Source of the DNA: Eledone cirrhosa
Lineage: Eukaryota
Direction: 5' to 3'
Assembly: GCA_964016885.1 (NCBI GenBank)
Contig: OZ024761.1
Coordinates: forward strand, 28,334,001-28,398,000
DNA length: 64,000 nucleotides
How positions within the stretch are numbered: the stretch's first letter is position 1; the number at the start of each line of letters is the position of its first letter. The position numbers and the translations under genes are program-made. Positions 58,212 to 64,000 of this stretch are shown piece after piece. The notes beneath the pieces are model-generated. The model was not told the origin of the DNA. It did not search any database and was given only the letters and a program-made list of their open reading frames with translations.

Positions 58212-59066
58212 ATCATCATCATCAGCACCGTTTTACGCTAGCATGGGTTAGACGGGTTGTCCTGTTGTGGGCAGTAGCCGGTCGGCTGACCATGCCTTGC
58301 TCATACGGGAACTGATTCTGGCTTGATTTCTACAGCTGGATGCCCTTCCTAACACCAACCTCATTTACAGTGAGTGCTGGGTGCTTTTTTTTTCCATGGC
58401 GCCTACACGTCCACTTTACAGTGTGGGCTGGGTGCTTTTTTGCCGTGGCCCTTACACAATCACTTTTGCAGTGTGGGCTGGGTGCTTTTTTGCCGTGGCC
58501 CTTACACAATCACTTTTGCAGTGTGGGCTGGGTGCTTTTTTGCCGTGGCACCTCCACGACCACTTTACAGTGTGGGCTGGGTGCTTTTTTGCCGTGGCAC
58601 CTCCACGACCACTTTACAGTGTGGGCTGGGTGCTTTTTTGCCATTGCACCTCCACGACCACTTTACAGTGAGTGCTGGGTTCTTTTTTTTCCGTGGCGCC
58701 TACACGTCCGCTTTACAGTGTGGGCTGGGTGCTTTTTTGCCGTGGCCCCTACACAACCACTTTTGCAGTGTGGGCTGGGTGCTTTTTTGCCGTGACACCT
58801 CCACGACCACTTTACAGTGTGGGCTGGGTGCTTTTTTGCCATTGAACCTCCACGACCACTTTACAGTGTGGGCTGGGTGCTTTTTTGCCGTTGAACCTCC
58901 ACGACCACTTTACAGTGAGTGCTGGGTGCTTTTTTTCCGTGGCACCTACACGTCCACTTTACAGTGTGGGCTGGGTGCTTTTTCGCCATGGCGCCTACAC
59001 AACCACTTTTGCAGTGAGGGCTGGGTGCTTTTTTTCCGTGGCACCTCCACCACCACTTTGCAGTGA
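58212..59066 (-). mobile_element. Headless family 1 SINE with 14 tandem 49-51-bp units
   Basis: GCTGGGT recurs about every 50 bp from 58376 to 59020. Confidence 0.85.
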
Positions 59067-59209
59067 GAGGGGGTGGGGGCATATTGTCTATATGCTTCAG
59101 CTTCAGCTTGTACCCGTGGGGGCTTGGGTCTTCTGTATTATTGTGTGATGCCAGAGGTCACGGTCGTGTGTCATCGCCTTTTAGCTTGTTTGAAGCATTG
59201 TTTAATAGG

Positions 59210-59340
59210 AAACACAAATTTATATTTTGAAGACCAACACAATGCGTTAAATTTGGTAAAGTAAGATTCTTCTGTTATCTTGGCAATTTAACATTCTCCA
59301 TATGCATTGTGTTGGTCTTCAAAATATAAATTTGTGTTTC
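59210..59340. repeat. 131-bp hairpin
   Basis: GAAACACAAATTTATATTTTGAAGACCAACACAATGC is mirrored. Confidence 0.8.
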
Positions 59341-59500
59341 ATCATAATCATCATCAATTTACGTCAGCTTTTCCATTAATTTGAATATGCGTTGGTTAAT
59401 TACCAACATTTCAGTATACAGGGTAGAACACTTGATGAAGCACGCAGGTGGGTCTGTTTACTCTGGATTATATTTAAAATTAACTTTGTTTAATCATAGT

Positions 59501-59558
59501 CACTCATATATATTTCAGTGATAACCGTTATACAACAGCTATGACCTCATCAGACAGC
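59501..59558 (-). ncRNA. Hammerhead, diverged homolog of 21908-21960
   Basis: CTGATGA-GGTCATAGCTGTT...AACGGTTATCACT-GAAA-TATATA; tail homology at 59404-59475. Confidence 0.65.
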
Positions 59559-59972
59559 TAGCTAGAATTTAGCTGGGATAAACTACTCACGTGAAGTGCT
59601 TTATATTTATATATATATATAAATAAATATATATATATATATATATATATATCAAATTAAGAATACTTAAGACAGGGTTACTTTACAGACATCACAACTG
59701 GATGGTAATTATTGGCCCGTGGCATATCCTCATGATTGTATAACTACACATACATAGCCATCTAACAGGAATATTATCATGCAATAAAGCAATTATGGTG
59801 AAGTAAACCCATCTTAATTACTCTTAATTTTGTAGATGAATACCCCATCACTTCTAATAACCAACATTTAGCTGGGATAAACTACTGACGTGAAGTACTT
59901 TTGGATTACTCAGACCGGCTTATCCTCATGAAGTTATAATGTAGCTACCATGTATAAGCAACTTCTCATCTG

Positions 59973-60004
<32 letters not shown>

Positions 60005-61246
60005 CGAGAGATAGATAGATAGATAGATATATTGAGAGAACTTATAGAAATTTGTAATACAGAATAGAAAAAAATTCACATAAAGCCAATTGCTTATTGT
60101 GAAACAATCATCCCATTAAGGATTCAAATCGGGAAATAAATATAAGATGAAACACTGTACTGAGTGAATATGGAGAAATTGTCTCATCTCTTCTATTCAA
60201 AACATTGCCTGTTATCGGGTTTTTGTTCCTTATGTTTCTTTGACACATGAAAATTCTAGATATTTTACCCTGCTATTATAATCATATGGATTGGATTTAT
60301 CAACAATGATCTGTTTTATAATATGAGTGACCCCCAACTATCTTTAAATTTCCATATATATTGGGACAATAATATCGTTTTGATTTTGTGTCAGGATCCG
60401 CATGAATTAAATCATTTGTTGTGTATATCAGGTTTTAAAGGTGTTTTCTGTCAAACCTATATGTCATTTCAATACTGTCATTTTTTTTTTTATCAGCTTT
60501 ACACATCAGGGCATTTGAGAGGACAGTTTCCTGATAAGAAGACCACATGATTTGAGATAACCAATAACAGTGACATGTGAAACAAAATTGTCTTAACGCC
60601 AGCTTGCTATTTTCACAAAAATATTTCCGCTACATAATCAGATGACCAGAAAATTTTGAGTAGTGACGCAGCAAATCGCCAGGTGCATATAAATAAATAA
60701 TTATACTCTTGTGTATACATTGAATAACATTTCTTTCATTTGTGAACTGAAACCCATTTATATATACATAAATATATACACACATACATATATATATATA
60801 TAATACACCCCGTCCCACTACCTCCACCCCATCACACCACCCCTTTCGATGTAAAGTTATGTTGGTACCACAACATCCAGTCCGAAATAAATGAGGTCGT
60901 GTAGGTGTCAGAACAAAAACAAACACACATTCCATGCTGTAATGTGGCCATGTAGGTAACATGGTAAAAACCTCCCAGTCCCATACTGTAAACGTGGATG
61001 GTGTTAGGAAGGGCATCCAGCCGTAGAAAACCCGCCAGACAGTCCTATACGAGCAAGACAACCAATCTTGCCTCAAGTGGGAAAATTCCCATCCAAACCC
61101 ATGCAAGCATGCAAGATGGACGTTAAACGATGATGATATATATATACATATACACAGACATATATATATACACACACACACATACACACATTTATGCACA
61201 CATACATTTACACACACACACACACACACCCACAGACACACACACA

Positions 61247-61293
<47 letters not shown>

Positions 61294-61301
<8 letters not shown>

Positions 61302-61745
61302 ATACTTTGGGAGGGTCATGTTGCCAATAAGAAACACATGCACAGTTGCTTTCAATTCAATTTATTATAATAAATTTATAAATTTATAAATTTCCGGTTG
61401 GTTGGTTGGTTCCATAACCAGATGGTTGTTTATATATTGTCAAAGTTCTTTCGTCACACATTCTGTGACCTCTTCAGTGACTGGGGATTCTTTTCTTTGT
61501 TTTTTGTGCCTCGCCAAAGAAAAGAATCACAAGTCACTGAAGAGGTCACAGAATGTGTGACGAAAGAAATTTGACAATATATAAACAACCATTCCTAAAT
61601 TTATAAATTTATTATAATAAATTGAAGTGAAAGCAACTGGTGCATATGTTTCTTATTGGCAACATGACCCTCCCAAAGTATAACAATATCGGTTTCAACA
61701 CACGTTTTCAGATAAAGAATCTTGCTAAACAAATTCAGAAACGAA

Positions 61746-61746
<1 letters not shown>
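61294..61746. mobile_element. Palindromic element with two HHRs
   Basis: Inverted repeat 61294-61689; GTCA-CTGAAGA-G-GTCACA-GAATG-TGTGAC-GAAA-GAAA-TT-TGAC at 61533-61575(+), mirror 61439-61481(-). Confidence 0.82.
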
Positions 61747-61836
<90 letters not shown>

Positions 61837-61837
61837 T

Positions 61838-62230
61838 AGGAGGTGAGTTTTATTGTAGTACAATAAAGCAATGCAGATATCGGATAAGAAGCACTCTACA
61901 GTTTGTAGGACTGGAGTATACATAATATATAAGATCAAAAGATGGTTAAATGAGTTCCATGTATTTTATTATGCACATTTCAAAAACAAATATCATCATG
62001 CAATAACATTTGTGTTTTCATCAGATAAAATAGGAGGACATGATATGAAGGTTAAAAACACTTGTTGATTTAAAACTGCACTATCCACAAGTGTTTTTAA
62101 CCTTCATATCATGTCCTCCTATTTTATCTGATGAAAACACAAATGTTATTGCATGATGATATTTGTTTTTGAAATGCGCATAATAAAATACATGGAACTC
62201 TTTTAACCATCTTTTGATCTTATATATTAT
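61838..62230. mobile_element. Family A-related palindromic element with two HHRs
   Basis: Arms 61922-62065 and 62087-62230; TATTTTAT-CTGATGA...GAAA-TGCGCA-TA-ATAAAATA at 62120-62190(+), mirror 61962-62032(-). Confidence 0.85.
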
Positions 62231-62232
62231 AT

Positions 62233-62269
<37 letters not shown>

Positions 62270-62578
62270 CATGTGTGTGAGTGTATATATATATATACAT
62301 ATATATTATTGTACAGACTTCAATCTTATGAGTATGGCTATTCTGAAAAAAAAGCATGAAAGAAAGTGAGAAGGGGCTGCAAGAAGGAGGCAACAGAGGG
62401 ACAGCCGAATATATATAGAGTCATTAAGAAAGAAGAACAGAGAGAGAAACGTCTATAAAAAGAAACACAGTAACATGGGTGTGATGAAAAATTAATAAAA
62501 AGAAAATAATCTGGCAATGCCCACTGAATTAGCAGTCACCCACTCAATTAACGTCTATTTATAAGTGAAAACATATAT

Positions 62579-62617
<39 letters not shown>

Positions 62618-62650
62618 TGTGTATATATATATATATATATATATGTAAAC

Positions 62651-62750
<100 letters not shown>

Positions 62751-62755
62751 GTATA

Positions 62756-62846
<91 letters not shown>

Positions 62847-62993
62847 GTATATATATGTATATGTATATATATATGTATATATGTATATATATGTATGTAT
62901 ATATATATATATATGAACATATATATATATAAACACATATATATATATGTTATACAAGGATGAATGGTTACTTCTTCATTACGTTTATTGGTT

Positions 62994-63080
<87 letters not shown>

Positions 63081-63124
63081 GTATGCATATATACAGAGAT
63101 ATACATATACCTGTACACACACAC

Positions 63125-63162
<38 letters not shown>

Positions 63163-64000
63163 CTCACATGCACTAACATGTACTAACATATATCTATACA
63201 TGACACACACACAGCATATCTGTCTGTATTAGTGCAGGTAATTATTAGACACCTATAATTTCCAATTGGAGAACAAATCTACCAAACACGTCAGAAGTGA
63301 CCTCCACCCCTAAATTACCTGTTATATACCCCCCCCCCCTGACCCTCCAACTGCCGCTAGAAAGAATACTATAACAAGACTCCTACTGATCATTTATATA
63401 CACACATTTATATACACACATATTATATATATATTTATATATGTATATATATATATATATGTACCTGTATATATATATTTACATATATACACACATATAT
63501 ATATTTATATATATATTTATATATATATATATATACATTTTGCAAGCAGGGAAAAGCAGACATGAAATGATGATAACGATGATGATGATGACTTTATATG
63601 TATGTATGTGCATATATAGATATAAATATAAATGTATGTGTGTATATATATATATATAGAGAGAGAGAAATCGGAGCATGTTAAAAAAATATTCATAAAT
63701 GCCTGGCTATCAAAACCTACAAATATTTCCTCATGTATATTTTTAGTTCAGCGAAGGAAAAAAATAAAAAATACAGAACACAAAACAAAACAAAAAAACC
63801 TTCAGAAATCAAACACAAAATAGAAAAAAAAAGGAAAAAAAAAGAAAAGATAATAATAAATGAATATAAATTTTCAGTATGTGAACTCTTGTGGCTGGTT
63901 GGACACCAAAAACACACCTTTGCATCTTGTCAACGAAAAAATAGATAGATAGATAAATAAATAGTTAGCTAAATAACATAGAAACTAGGAAAGTTTGTCT

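Noticed and set aside
58340-59148. 150-230-aa repetitive ORFs
   Set aside because: Products of the SINE-internal 50-bp tandem repeat.

Overview
Gene-poor, extremely AT- and microsatellite-rich animal DNA. The SINE and microsatellite content resembles octopus/cephalopod DNA, which is my inference. I see no confident host gene, and nearly all listed ORFs are (TA/CA/GA)n translation noise. Recognisable content: two stacked, degraded RLE-type (R4/Dong-like) non-LTR retrotransposons in (CATA)n; RTE, CR1 and Tx1-like 3' fragments; two tRNA-derived SINE families; small DNA-transposon/Helitron relics; and several minisatellites. The striking signal is about 25 hammerhead-ribozyme (HHR) motifs (CUGANGA...GAAA...UH), counting mirror and degenerate copies, from roughly ten sequence-distinct families. 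Most lie in short, outward-pointing, asymmetric palindromes within (TA)n tracts. One arm carries an extra 3' tail with a covarying YRCUC...UUGAGYR hairpin; the other arm stops just before that tail. These look like Penelope-like pLTR-derived micro-elements integrated by a stereotyped two-primer mechanism. All structures were read by eye, so coordinates may be off by a few bases.
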